From contig OZ001293.3 in NCBI GenBank assembly GCA_963921275.4, forward strand, positions 6,464,001-6,528,000: a stretch of 64,000 nucleotides of DNA. The letters are read 5' to 3'. The notes beneath the pieces are model-generated. The model did no database searches and was not told the origin of the DNA. It saw only the letters and a program-made list of their open reading frames with translations. Each line of letters starts with the position of its first letter. The first letter of the stretch is position 1. This document shows, one piece after another, positions 10,912 through 22,640 of this stretch. A program made the translations under genes and the position numbers. This DNA is from an uncultured Hormoscilla sp. Its GTDB lineage: Bacteria; Cyanobacteriota; Cyanobacteriia; Cyanobacteriales; Desertifilaceae.

Positions 10912-11505
10912 CTTTACAATTATCTCCTATCTAGCTCCTTGCGCGAGCCAGAGAGCCTGCGGCAACTGCGCTGGCAAACAGCTAGTCATCGAATGGCCCG
11001 CATGCAGATCGCCCCAGAGCAAGGACAGTTCATGGCCCTGTTAGTGCAGTTAATCGGGGCAAAGAAAACTCTGGAAGTCAATGTTTTCACTGGCTACAGT
11101 ACCCTAGCTGTGGCGCTGGCGCTCCCTCCAGATGGAAAGATAATCGCCTGTGATGTCAACCAGGAATATACTGATATAGCCCAGCAATCTTGGCAAGCCG
11201 CTGGAGTTGCGAACATGATAGATTTACGGATCGCCCCCGCACTAGAAACATTGGATCGACTCTTGGCAAATGGAGAAGCCCAAACCTTTGACTTCGCTTT
11301 CATAGATGCCGATAAAGAGAATTATCAGGGATATTACGAGCGATCGCTCCAACTCTTGCGCACTGGCGGCTTAATGGCTATCGATAACGTCCTCACCCAA
11401 GCAATTCGAGCCTTCAATCATTTGTTGCACCAAGACGAACGGGTGACCATTAGCATGGTGCCAATTGCCGATGGATTGACTTTAGCACTCAAACGAGGTC
11501 TCTAG
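10879..11505 (+). CDS. class I SAM-dependent O-methyltransferase (CCoAOMT-like) with a probable in-frame deletion
   Basis: MQIAPEQGQF, FTGYS, FDFAFIDADK, IDNVL. Confidence 0.88.
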   Translation: MSNKTLGLDSQLYNYLLSSSLREPESLRQLRWQTASHRMARMQIAPEQGQFMALLVQLIGAKKTLEVNVFTGYSTLAVALALPPDGKIIACDVNQEYTDIAQQSWQAAGVANMIDLRIAPALETLDRLLANGEAQTFDFAFIDADKENYQGYYERSLQLLRTGGLMAIDNVLTQAIRAFNHLLHQDERVTISMVPIADGLTLALKRGL

Positions 11506-11581
11506 GTTTGCTCAAGTCTCCCTAACTTGCTTTGTCCAATCGCTCTAGTTATGATATCACGCTTAATGAGGGGAAAACCGC

Positions 11582-12155
11582 TATGGAGTTTGTCATTATC
11601 ACCCTACTTTTCCTGGGGATTATCTTTTAGCTACCGGGAGTTGTCTGGATGGGAATTCAGGCTTTCGCTGATCATCCATCTTGGGGTTTAGCTTATGTAC
11701 TTATCCCCGGATATTGGTTGGCATTTTTCTATATCAAATGGAAAATCAAATGGAGAAGACAAAGAATAAAATGGCCCTTTGTATTGCAGGTGTTGGGTTA
11801 TTTATTCATAACCATGTCGGGAATTATGTATTTGTTAACTCCCCTCAGCTTATTGAGTTTTAAGCAGTCTAAAGTCCCGGTAGAACCAACGACGGCTCCT
11901 CTGCTGGAACTGGAGTCGGAGCTAAAGTTGACTTATGAAGAATACATGAAGATCGCCTATTCATATTACAATAAGCAAGATTATAACACAGCTTTAATCA
12001 ACTTTAGAAGAGCCTTGGCTAAACGACGATCATTTAGCTCTGGAGGAGGCCCGCAAAACTGAAGTAAGGATTAAGCGCCGGAAATATCAAAGATTCATGA
12101 GAATAGGTTATGCAGCTTTCGATCGGGGAGATTATGACACGGCGATAATTAACTA
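11582..12155 (+). pseudogene. membrane protein with TPR-like C-terminus, disrupted
   Basis: transmembrane segments; stop near 11630; repeated YMKIAY..DYNTALINF units in different frames. Confidence 0.6.
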
Positions 12156-12226
12156 AAGCACAGAGCAGTCAGTAAATTCAAAATTTTTGCATTAACAACT
12201 GACAACTGACAACTGACAACTGAGCC

Positions 12227-13480
12227 CTAGCCCAGGGGAAGGGCGATCGCAAATTCAGTCCCTTTTCCTAATTCCGAGAAGCACTGCAATTTGCCTCCGT
12301 GTTTGTTAACAACGATTTGATAGCTAGTAGTTAAACCCAAGCCCTTGCCAGAACCCACAGGTTTAGTAGTAAAGAAGGGGTCAAAAATCCGGTTGATATT
12401 AGCTGGAGCGATTCCCGTGCCATTATCGGATATTTTAATGGCTACCCTCTGGTTATCCACCAGGGTGCGAATAGTGATGCAACCGTCGTACAGGAACTGG
12501 TCCTTTCCCTGATGCATGCGCTCCGCTAAAGTGCAGCGAGACTCAATCGCGTCGATCGCATTATTTAAAATGTTCATAAAAACCTGATTCAATTGTCCCG
12601 GATAACATGCCACCTTGGGCAAGTTGCTATATTCCTTAATGACTTGAATATTTCCCAGTCGGTGATGTAAAATTAACAGAGTACTTTCTATGCCTTCATG
12701 TATATCTACAGCCTTCATCCCCGTTTCGTCCAGACGAGAAAAGTTCCGCAGGGACAGAACAATCTCACTAATCCGCTCAGCACCGGTTGTCATTGAATCC
12801 AATACTTCCGGTAAATCTTCGATCAAAAAGTCTAATTCAATTGCCTCCGCTTTGGTGGAAATATCTTCTAGATCGGACTGCTGTCGATAGAGGAGGGCAA
12901 ATTAGATCAGGTCTTGGACGTAACTGCTAGCATAGGTAAGATTGCTGTAGATAAAAGTGATCGGGTTGTTGATTTCATGAGCGATGCCAGCTACCAGTTT
13001 TCCCAAAGATGACATTTTTTCTGAGTGAATTAGTTGGGTCTGAGTTTCTTGCAGTTCTTGCAAAGTTTTGCTCAGCTGCTGATTGGCTTGAGTTAATGCC
13101 CTCTGTGACTGATATAATCGTAATCCAGCACGCACTCGCGCTAGCAGTTCCGAAGGGTCAACGGGTTTGGACAGAAAGTCGTCCGCACCCGCATCCAGTC
13201 CTTGCACCCGATCGGCCAGTTCTGCCTTACAAGTAAGCAGAATAAAGAAGGTGCTAGCTAACTCCCGGTCGGTCTTTACCCTCTGACAAACCTCTAGTCC
13301 ATCCACGTTCGGCATCATCCAGTCACAAATAATCAATGCTGGACGTATATGTCTAGCCAAGACCAGCCCTTCTAAGCCATTTTTGGCCAGCGCGACTTCG
13401 TGTCCTTCAAGCTTCAGGTCTCTTTTGAGCAGTAACCGAGTTGCACCATGATCGTCTATCACCAGAATTTTTGACATCAT
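12227..13480 (-). pseudogene. hybrid response regulator-histidine kinase split near 12900
   Basis: REC plus H-box ORF 12902-13480 and HATPase ORF 12227-12826 (FTTKPVGSGKGLGL). Confidence 0.85.
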
Positions 13481-13499
13481 AAGTGGAGATAGTAAGTTT

Positions 13500-13925
13500 C
13501 CTAATCTAAAATCCTTGCATCGGTGTTACATGTTTGCCATGAAAGCTTTCATCTGAGCGATAATTTCCTCTAACTGAGAGATTAACTTGGCGGCTTAATC
13601 AAGTTGGTCGGACTCTGCCAGTTGCTCGATCCTCCCTGCTAACTCTGGTATAAATCGCACTCCTACGGTGCTAGCACCTCCTTTCAGACAATGAGCGATC
13701 GGTGTCTCCTGGGTAGTGCTTCTAGGGGTCGGGAGACACCGACTGAGCTAGGGTGACTGAATTTTTGGTAGCAAGAGCTGTCTTTGCCTCTGTTAATTGA
13801 GTTTCGGCATCGGACACGAAGACTGGCAATAATTATAACTTAAACTCTGCGTCTCCTCTGGCGATAAAGTCCAGGCGATCGCCATCTACTGGAGATTCCT
13901 GATTGGTGACTAGTGCTTGGGTACT
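13500..13925 (-). pseudogene. degenerate Hpt domain, duplicate of the adjacent kinase C-terminus
   Basis: 13850-13921 nearly identical to 14270-14341; H-x-LKGGA motif; carries a palindromic element at 13700-13742. Confidence 0.75.
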
Positions 13926-13958
13926 GGTGCATCGAGCCGGAGGTGCAATAGCCCCACC

Positions 13959-16165
13959 CTAAAGGGTGAGGGTTGCGATCGCCTCTTGAGAAAGTTGTTG
14001 TATATATGCTTTCACCCGCGACAAGCTCTGCTCTATTTGTGCGATTAAATCTGCTGCACCCTGGAGTTGGTTTTCTTTCCCTTGAGCCTCCAGTTGAGCC
14101 GCCACCTCTGGGATAAATTTTACTGCTATTGTAGCAGCACCTCCTTTCAGGCGGTGCGCAAGAGAGACGATCGCCCCGGCATCTAAGGCAAGCAAAGCTG
14201 TTTGTAATTCCCCTAAGTCTGTTTCGGCATCTGACACAAATATCTGCAATAGTTCCAACTTAAACTCCTCGTCTCCTCTGGCGATAAGGTCCAGGCGATC
14301 GCCATCTACTGGAGATTCCTGATTGGTGACTGGTGCTTGGGAACCCGAAGCTGCAAGTGCGATCGCCTCCTGTTGAAGTTCGAGATTTTCTTTTGACCAT
14401 CGAGAAATAACGGCGGACAAATCTGCCATCGATACTGGTTTACTGAGGTAGTCATCCATGCCAGCTGCGAGGCATTTTTCCCGATCGCCCTTCATCGCAT
14501 TTGCCGTCAGGCCAATCACCACCGTATGACGTTCATCACCTTCGCGTTCCCGCAGCAAGCGCGTTGCCTGGTAACCGTCCAACACTGGCATCTGACAATC
14601 CATCAACAGAATTTGATACCATTCTTGCTCGATTTTGTCAATAAATTCTTGACCATTATTTACGCAATCAGCCTCGACACCCAGTTGTCGCAACTGATTG
14701 AGTACCACCTTTTGGTTGATGGGGGTATCTTCCACTAAGAGGATTTTAACAGCATCGTTTGTAGTAAACACTTTAGTGTTTCTACCCTCGGAAGCCCTGA
14801 AGTGCGCTGACGATTGCGCTGCGCGCACAGGGCTACGCCTACGCGAACGAACAACCGATTTGCTGACCAGGGAACTCACCAAACAATCGTACAGCGACGA
14901 TTCCTTGATGGGCTTGAGTAAATAGCCTGCAAACCCGCTTTCCCGCACGCGGTCGGCGATGTCCCCCCCATGGAGAGAAGTCAGCAGAATTAACTTCGTC
15001 TGGGCCAAAGCAGGTTCGTTTCCGATTAACTGCCTCAGCATTTCGCCGTTCATTCGGTGTCCCCGGGGAACGCTAATCGCACAAAAGGGGGGACACCGCT
15101 GCGGCATTTGCATGTCCAGTAGCGCCACCTCGTAAGGTTTGCCTTCCGAAGCTGCCTCCCGTAAAGCAGTGAGGGCGTGAGGGCCGTCTTCTGCTTCTGC
15201 AACGAACATACCCCAACTCCTGGCGAACATAGAGACCACCTTGCGATTAGTGGCATTATCGTCCACTACCAACAGCTTTTTCCCTGTGATGACTTCTGTG
15301 GAAAGATCCCTCGTCCTTTCGGACAGGGGCATGCCACATTCAGCGGCGATCGTAAACCAGAAGGTGGAACCAACCCCTTCTTCACTTTCTACGCCAATTT
15401 CCCCGCCCATCAGGGTTACCAGTTGCTTGCAAATAGCCAGGCCTAAACCCGTCCCCCCATACTTGCGGGTAGTGGAGGCGTCTACTTGAGAGAAAGATTT
15501 GAACAACTTTGGCTGAGCTGCTTTGGGAATGCCAATTCCTGTATCCCGGACGCTAAACCGAAGATGGCATTGGTTGGAGTTGACATTCCCCGTATCCACC
15601 TTGACGTGGATGACAATTTCTCCAGTTTCGGTGAATTTGAGGGCGTTGCCGATCAAATTAGTGAGCACCTGGCGCAGGCGAGTGGCATCAGCTTTGAGGA
15701 AACGCGGCACTTCTGGTTCGACTACCCCAGCTAATTCCAGACCTTTGGCAGCGGTTTGGGGCGCAAACAAATCCAGCAGGTTTTCCACTAGCTTTTTGAG
15801 GTCGAAATCATGGGCATCCAGCCGCATTTCCTCAGCTTCCAGTTTAGAAAAGTCGAGAATGTCGTTAATAATCAACAGCAGGTTCTCGCCACTGCTATGA
15901 ATAGTTTCCACAAAATCCCGTTGTTGCTGATTGAGGGGCGTTTTCAAGAGCAAATCCGTCATTCCCAGCACGCCGTTCATGGGGGTGCGGATTTCGTGGC
16001 TCATGTTGGCGAGGAATTGCGATTTGAGGCGGGCGGTTTCTAGGGCGGCTTCCCGTGCTTTTACCAATTCGTTGATGATGTCGGTTACCATGATGATGCC
16101 GCCGATCGTGCCATCGGGTTCGTACCAAGGTTGAATTGCCCAGCGGAGATATATTTGACTGCCAT
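13959..16165 (-). pseudogene. hybrid histidine kinase (partial PAS-HisKA-HATPase-REC-REC-Hpt), 5'-truncated
   Basis: [23 protein letters not shown], two REC domains, HRLKGGA; 5' part replaced by antisense FG-GAP sequence. Confidence 0.85.
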
Positions 16166-16525
16166 CGTCGCGCTGATGGATGACAGCAATGATGTCGGCG
16201 TCGATCTCTCTAGCGAAACAGATCTCAACTGGCAAATTGGCGATACTGGCGACTTCAACAGCGATGGCAACACTGATATTCTCTGGCGCAATTATGCTAC
16301 TGACGCGAATAAGGTGCAGCTGATGAATGGCACTACTGAGGGTAATGAAGTCTCTCTGGAAAGTTTGGCTGACAGTAATTAGCGCATGAGTGGCACGGGA
16401 GACTATAACAACGATGGTAATATCGACATCTTGTGGCGCAACTATGCGACTGGGGAGAATAAATTCTGGCTGATGAATGGCACCAGCAAGGACTCCGAGG
16501 TCGATCTGTTGACTGTCTCTTTGAT
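16165..16525 (+). pseudogene. FG-GAP/VCBS repeat protein fragment
   Basis: two GD(F/Y)NxDGxxDILWRNYAT repeats, internal stop, no 5' end. Confidence 0.8.
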
Positions 16526-17088
16526 TATACGATCGAGCTTACACCCGGCCTGGATACTGTAGTCAGCACTGCTGCAGTTGGCTGGGTTGCCTAAAGTTAG
16601 GTTTGTAGTAAGCACGCTTCGTGCTTACTAGGCGTGAAAGCGCCTAGAGAGTCGGTCCAGTTTTCTCGTTCCCACTGGCAACCCCGGGGAACGAGGGTTT
16701 GGAAACTCTGCCTCCCTTGACAAATAAAGTTTTGGCCTAATTTGACTGCCGGTGAACAGGAGGAGATTGTCTGTAGCTTCCTCTCATATCATGTCTGATT
16801 AAATGCCCTAACATAAAAATTGCATTAGCTGTAAGTTTGGTTGAGGCCCCTTACCCAACTGAGTTTTGCGTTACACTCTATATGGTAAAAATCAGAGGTT
16901 CTTAATTGTGGGTAATCGCCCCTACTTTCTATCATAATGGAGATAGGTTTGAAGGGGGGGCATAATCGACGGTTGTCGATCGGGTCATTACTAAATGTGG
17001 AACAATGGTGTGAATAATTTCTTGGCAAGGCCACGAAATCGCAAGCATCAAAAAGATGAAATGTGAATGAATACATAGGAATAATGCG

Positions 17089-17345
17089 ATGTATGCGATT
17101 GATTTTGAAGCTACTATTGAAAATGGAATGATTCCGATTACGCAACAAAATTTGGCGCAATTACAGCCACAGATGAAAGTCGTTGCAATAAAAATCAGAG
17201 GAGAAACAAGAGGCTCTCAAGCAAAAGGATGAATTTTTAACCGAGGTAGCGCAGCATCATTTCGATCTGCCGCCAGACTATCACTTTAAGCGGGAATAAC
17301 TTTATGACAGAATCTAAATGTTTCTTTGATACCACACTGTATTCG
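17089..17345 (+). pseudogene. degenerate antitoxin plus start of a PIN-domain toxin
   Basis: MYAIDFEATIENGMIPI..., FDLPPDYHFKRE, then overlapping MTESKCFFDT. Confidence 0.5.
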
Positions 17346-17517
17346 TAAGATTTGCAGCACAACCAGTTAATCAAAGATGCCTTGACAATTCTGAACTCGT
17401 TTCTTATGAATAAATGCAGGTTTTCTCAGAACCGTCTGAGTTCATTCCAAAGTTTTTCTCGTTTCTCGTTCCCTGGCTCCGCCAGGGAACGAGGGTTTGG
17501 AGGCTCTGCCTCCCTCG

Positions 17518-18010
17518 GGACTTGTGGGCGGTCATTGCATTGGCGTTAACCCCTATATCTCACTGCTAAGGCAGAGGAAATCGGTTATCATCCCCAAGTA
17601 ATTTTGGCAGGACGCCATGTTAATGACGGAATGGGGGCTTATTTGGGCGATCGCTTGATCAAACTGATCGCGACTCATGGAGATGTTCCCATTAAAAAAG
17701 CCCGGGTAGGAATTTTGGGTATAACATTTAAAGAAAATGTCCCAGATACCCGTAACAGCCGCGTGCCGGATATTGTCAATGCCCTGCAAGAGTTCGGCAT
17801 TACCCTCTTAGTTCACGACCCCTTGGCTAATGCCGAAGAAGTCAAGCCTCAATATGGAATTGTGCTGACTAATTGGCAGCAATTCTTTGATTTAGATGCT
17901 ATGGTATTGGCAGTGAGACATCGCCACTATCTAGAAATGCCCACCTGATAAGTTGCTCGGCTGTCTGCATCCTGAGGGTATTTTTATGGATGTCAAATCT
18001 GCCTTTAACC
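17518..18010 (+). pseudogene. nucleotide-sugar dehydrogenase (TviB/WbpO-like), C-terminal fragment
   Basis: GLVGGHCIGV..YL, ILAGR and LGITFKENVPDTRNSRV; N-terminus absent. Confidence 0.85.
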
Positions 18011-18057
18011 CGGATACCATTCCCCCTCACATCACTTACTGGAGTCTTTAGCTTTCG

Positions 18058-18178
18058 TAGGGTGGGCACCGCCCACCACGGAAGCGCTAAAGCGCTTACT
18101 ACGAACTGTAGGGTGGGCACCGCCCACCACGGAAGCGCTAAAGCGCTTACTACGAACTATAGGTGGGCACCGCCCACC
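18058..18178. repeat. tandem REP-like doublets (BIME-like, ~50-nt unit)
   Basis: GTAGGGTGGGCACCGCCCACC alternating with inverted GTAGTAAGCGCTTTAGCGCTT. Confidence 0.8.
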
Positions 18179-18500
18179 AGACCCGCTATCAAGTATAATA
18201 TAATATAGGTGACGAGCGCGGACTCTCGGTTCGTAAAACATGAGGACTAATACCATTTTGTCAAAACAATGCTACAATTAATTTTAGCGTTATGGTATTA
18301 GTCGGTTTTAACCGACTTTAGCCTCTAGCATTTGGGTTTGAACCCTCGCTATCTCCTGGGTAGTGCGAGTACGATGTCCCCTATGCATGTGCGACTAGCG
18401 CTCCCCGGGGACATCTCCCGACCACGAGATAGCGAAGGCGGGCTGACAGCGAAGGGACCAAAGTCCTCACTACAAACCTTATTTTCAAATTCGATCGACA

Positions 18501-19505
18501 ATGGGAAGTATATTAGTCACTGGAGCCGCTGGTTTTATTGGTTTCCACCTCTGTCAACATCTCCTGACAAGGGGGGAATCTGTTATTGGCATTGATAATC
18601 TCAACGACTATTACGATGTTAGCTTAAAACAAGATCGGTTAAAACAGCTGCAACAACACCAGCAATTTCAGTTCGCTAAGCTGGATCTAGCCGATCGCCA
18701 GGCCATCCCAGAATTGTTCGATCGCCATCAACCAGAGAAAGTCGCTCATTTAGCAGCCCAAGCAGGGGTGCGCTATTCTCTGAAAAATCCCCACGCCTAT
18801 GTGGATAGCAACTTGGTGGGATTTGTGAATATTCTGGAAGAATGTCGTCATGGGGGAGTCAAGCATCTGGTATTTGCTTCCTCTAGCTCTGTTTATGGCG
18901 TGAATAGTAAAACACCTTTTTCTGTCCATGATAATGTCGATCGCCCGGTGAGCCTATATGCAGCGACGAAAAAGGCCAACGAACTAATGGCGCACACCTA
19001 CAGCCATCTCTATGGTTTGCCAACCACGGGTTTGCGTTTCTTCACGGTTTACGGACCTTGGGGACGCCCGGACATGGCCCTATTCTTGTTCACCAAAGCC
19101 ATTCTAGCTGGAGAACCCATTAACGTGTTTAATCACGGCAAGATGCAACGGGACTTTACCTACATTGATGATATCATTACGGGAGTAGTGTGCGTACTAG
19201 ACAAGGTTCCCGAACCCGATCCTAACTGGTCTGACTCCGACCCGGGAAGCAGTCACGCCCCTTATAAACTGTACAATATTGGCAACAATCAGCCCGTGGA
19301 ATTGCTCAGGTTTATTGAAGTCCTAGAAGCATGTCTGGGTATGAAGGCGCAAAAGCATATGCTCCCGATGCAGCCTGGGGATGTTCCCATCACTTACGCG
19401 GATATCGAGGATTTGGAAAAGGCGGTGGGTTTTCGACCCAGCACTCCCATTGAGGTAGGAGTTGAGCGTTTTGTTGCTTGGTATCGCAACTATTTCCAAG
19501 TTTAG
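18501..19505 (+). CDS. NAD-dependent epimerase (UDP-glucuronate 4-epimerase-like)
   Basis: GAAGFIG, HLAAQAGVRYS, YAATKKANE, FFTVYGPWGRPDMA. Confidence 0.95.
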   Translation: MGSILVTGAAGFIGFHLCQHLLTRGESVIGIDNLNDYYDVSLKQDRLKQLQQHQQFQFAKLDLADRQAIPELFDRHQPEKVAHLAAQAGVRYSLKNPHAYVDSNLVGFVNILEECRHGGVKHLVFASSSSVYGVNSKTPFSVHDNVDRPVSLYAATKKANELMAHTYSHLYGLPTTGLRFFTVYGPWGRPDMALFLFTKAILAGEPINVFNHGKMQRDFTYIDDIITGVVCVLDKVPEPDPNWSDSDPGSSHAPYKLYNIGNNQPVELLRFIEVLEACLGMKAQKHMLPMQPGDVPITYADIEDLEKAVGFRPSTPIEVGVERFVAWYRNYFQV

Positions 19506-19551
19506 GTAGGATGCGTGACAGCTATCATATGGGTACTGCTAAGTCACGCAA

Positions 19552-20167
19552 CTACTCTCCAGTTAAAATAGCAACCAATATGCGCATCAACTCTTGCAAG
19601 TCGGCGGGAACGCGATATAAGTTCAAGTCTTGAGTAATTTGCTTTTCCAGACGTGACAGCACCGAAAACTGCCAAATTTTACCAATGGAAACTGCTTCAT
19701 ACAACGGATTTTCCCCTTCTTCTGCTAGAGTGCGATCGACTGCAATTAATTCCACTGCCAACTGCTTAAAGCCCCGTTCTAGGTTTTCATCTTTTGCTGC
19801 AATCACCAATAACTGATTTCCTGCTTGCAAAAAGTAATCCAGATAACCTTTCAGTTGAGGTTCTACTTCCAGTGGATAGGAAACTTTTAATTTCGCTTCT
19901 GTATAGTCGATCAAGTACATTAAAACAGGCGCAATCAAAAACTCCCGTCTCGCCATCTCATTATCGATCGTGATATAAGGAAGGCTTCTTCTCAGCCGCT
20001 GTTCCCGAGATGACAAACCTTCAAGTTGTTGTTGGGATTACGGTAAAACTAGCTCTTTCGATGTAAATCCATAACCGAAATACTCTAAGATATCCTCGGG
20101 ATAGTAGTTCCATTTGAAATAATCAGAAAAATTACATGATTCGGGAAGTTCTATCTTTTTACTCATT
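19552..20167 (-). pseudogene. conserved cyanobacterial restriction-endonuclease-like protein, frameshifted
   Basis: EMARREFLIAPVL..LKGYLDYFL; N-terminal part (FSDYFK) lies in another frame. Confidence 0.65.
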
Positions 20168-20661
20168 GTCCAACCTCACTAAGCAAAATATAGCCCGCGC
20201 AGGCGGGCTTTGTTTGTCTGGCCCCACCCCTCGTTCCCACGGCTCTGCCTGGGAACGGGTTCCGGCGGTGGTGGCGACGCAAAAGTGAGATGCGCCCCCA
20301 CAACTCCTCCAAGGGTAATAGGAAAAGAGGGCTACCGGTTCTGAAGGGGAAGTCTGACTATAACCGGTGGTGACGAGCGCTCCCGGTTACAGGGTTACAG
20401 GGAGTCTGGGGGTCGTCTCGATGTCTCCTGTGTGCCGTTCCCGTAGGGTGGCGCAGCCATGTCCCCTGGGACAAGAGCTCTGGCAGAGATATCGAAGTCG
20501 GATTAGGCAAACAACAGTCGTATAATTGCGTTACATAACTTAACAATAATTAATATAGCAAGGGTAAAGGTTCGGTTATATTTAGTGGTTGAGAAAGAAC
20601 GAGAAAAAATTTCCTCGGTGCGATCGCCCTTATCGGTGCGATCGCCCATTCATTCTTTAGG

Positions 20662-21020
20662 CTACATACCAATATGCTTGACTAAGGCGGCTGTCTGCTG
20701 TAGGGGAACCAGGCTATTAGCACAGAAAATGCCGGATGCGGCCACAGCGGGGACGCCAATGCCGGGCATGGTGCTGTCGCCGACGCGGTATAACCCAGGG
20801 ATGGGCGTTCGATGCGCGAGGGGTAGTGCGAGTAGCGCACCCCGAGTGCATCGAAGCGGTCCGGGAAACATGCCTTGACTGGCTTGACGGGAGAAGCTGT
20901 GGGCCGCACCCTCAGCAATACTGTGGCTTTCGCATACTAGGACATCTTTACCATAGCGGGCCAGGAGGCTTGCTGCCACTAACCCCCAATGCCGCTACCA
21001 ATGACGATCGCGTCTGGCAT
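20662..21020 (-). pseudogene. phytoene desaturase/carotenoid isomerase-like FAD oxidoreductase, middle deleted
   Basis: IVIGSGIGG..VCESH N-terminus joined directly to the TPIPGLYRVGDSTMPGIGVPAVAASG C-terminus. Confidence 0.85.
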
Positions 21021-21080
21021 AGTTCTTTGGTCATCTACATTAGAGATAATATAACATAATGGACTGACGGTAGGGTACTA

Positions 21081-21951
21081 GGGCGTGTCATCAGTTAAGC
21101 CAGACGACAGAAGCAGCCAGATAAATCGCCCCTAAAAAGTTACGGGCTGTTTTATCATAACGGGTAGCAATAGCGCGATACTGCTTGAGTTTGGCAAAAA
21201 AGTTTTCAATTAGATGGCGAGCCTTGTAGAGGTGCTTGTCATAAGGATAAGGAACTTGGCGATTCACCTTGGAGGGAATGACCGCTGTGCAACTTTGAGC
21301 TTGGAGTTTTTGACGGACCCGCTCATCAGCATCATAAGCTTTATCTGCCAGGATTGCCTCAGCTTCAAGGTTTTCAAGGAGGACATCTGCGCCATCTTGA
21401 TCGTGGGCTTGTCCTCCCGTCAAAAAGAAGCCTGTGGGATTCCCCAGAGCGTCACAAGTGGCATGAATCTTTGTACTTAATCCTCCTCGACTTCTACCAA
21501 TGGCTTGAGCGTTACTCTCTCCACTCATTGTCCTCTCTGTCCTCCCCGGAATCTTTTTTTGCGCCCCAGCACTGTGTTGATGCGCTCGCACGATTGTCGA
21601 ATCAATCATCCCATACTCGTTATCTGCGTCTTGCGCCAACAGCTTGAATATCCTTTCCCACACTCCACTTTTATTCCATCGGCTAAATCTTGTATGTACT
21701 ACTCGAAAATCTCCAAACCTTTCAGGTAGGTCTCTCCACGGGATTCCCGCTCTATATCGATACAACACTGCTTCAACAAACAGTCGATTATTTTTGGCCG
21801 TTCCTCCTACATGGCCGTCTCTCCCAGGTAGCAAATCCTTGATTTTTTCCCACTGGTCATCTCTAAGTGCATATCTACGCATTTTTCTCTGTGTTTCTCT
21901 CTCTTCGGTTTATCTATTCTATCCTTTCTTTCTCTAACTGATGACACGCCC
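21081..21951 (-). mobile_element. IS5-family insertion sequence, intact
   Basis: perfect 17-bp IRs GGGCGTGTCATCAGTTA and TA duplication; empty site present in the tandem copy at ~22190. Confidence 0.95.
21091..21882 (-). CDS. IS5-family transposase
   Basis: DUF4096-like N-terminus (GIPWRDLPERFG), IDSTIVRAH, ADKAYD, YKARHLIENFFAKLKQYRAIATRYDK. Confidence 0.95.
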   Translation of the reverse strand: MRRYALRDDQWEKIKDLLPGRDGHVGGTAKNNRLFVEAVLYRYRAGIPWRDLPERFGDFRVVHTRFSRWNKSGVWERIFKLLAQDADNEYGMIDSTIVRAHQHSAGAQKKIPGRTERTMSGESNAQAIGRSRGGLSTKIHATCDALGNPTGFFLTGGQAHDQDGADVLLENLEAEAILADKAYDADERVRQKLQAQSCTAVIPSKVNRQVPYPYDKHLYKARHLIENFFAKLKQYRAIATRYDKTARNFLGAIYLAASVVWLN

Positions 21952-22349
21952 TAATACTCTTTTATGTCATTGTCATTGGTCATTGTCATTGCTTCGATAT
22001 CCCCCAGAGGGGACGCGCCACTCGCACTACCCCAGAGATATCGAGGGGGGGGTTCAGAGAGATTAGCTTGTGCTGTATATGAGTTGCCCCCCCGAAGCAA
22101 TCTCCTATCTTGCTGTCCAGGGGAGATTGCTAGCGCGACGGCGTCGCACGCTATTAGAGATAATATAACATAATGGACTGACGGTAGGGTACTAATACTC
22201 TTTTATGTCATTGTCATTGGTCATTGTCATTGCTTCGATATCCCCCAGAGGGGACGCGCTACTCGCACTACCCCAGAGATATCGAGGGGGGGGTTCAGAG
22301 AGATTAGCTTGTGCTGTATATGAGTTGCCCCCCCGAAGCAATCTCCTAT

Positions 22350-22640
22350 CTTGCTGTCCAGGGGAGATTGCTTCGGGGGGTCTAGGGTTGGTGTTCCTGA
22401 CAATTGCGGTTTAAACTCCCCCCCTCGCTTCGGACACCTGGACGTCAGTTCTTGCTGTCCAGGTGTCATTACTTCGGGGGGGTCTAGGGTTGGTGTTCCT
22501 GACAATTGCGGTTTAAACTCCCCCCCTAGCTTCGGACACCTGGACGTCAGTTCTTGCTGTCCAGGGGAGATTGCTTCGGGGGAGTCTAGCGTTGGTGTTC
22601 CTGACAATTGCGGTTTGGGATCCCCCCCTCGCTTCGGACA
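22350..22640. repeat. ~102-nt tandem repeat, about three copies
   Basis: unit TTGCTGTCCAGG...CTTCGGACACCTGGACGTCAGTTC; reads as a 34-aa repeat on the minus strand. Confidence 0.85.

Noticed and set aside
12195..12222. heptamer runs (AACTGAC; also ~2595, ~6980, ~31430)
   Set aside because: These are ordinary short tandem repeats of filamentous cyanobacteria.
18058..18178. possible mini-CRISPR
   Set aside because: The intervening sequences are identical, so this is a tandem REP doublet.
21081..21951. IS5 length (871 bp) equal to the intron length
   Set aside because: There is no sequence similarity; this is a coincidence.
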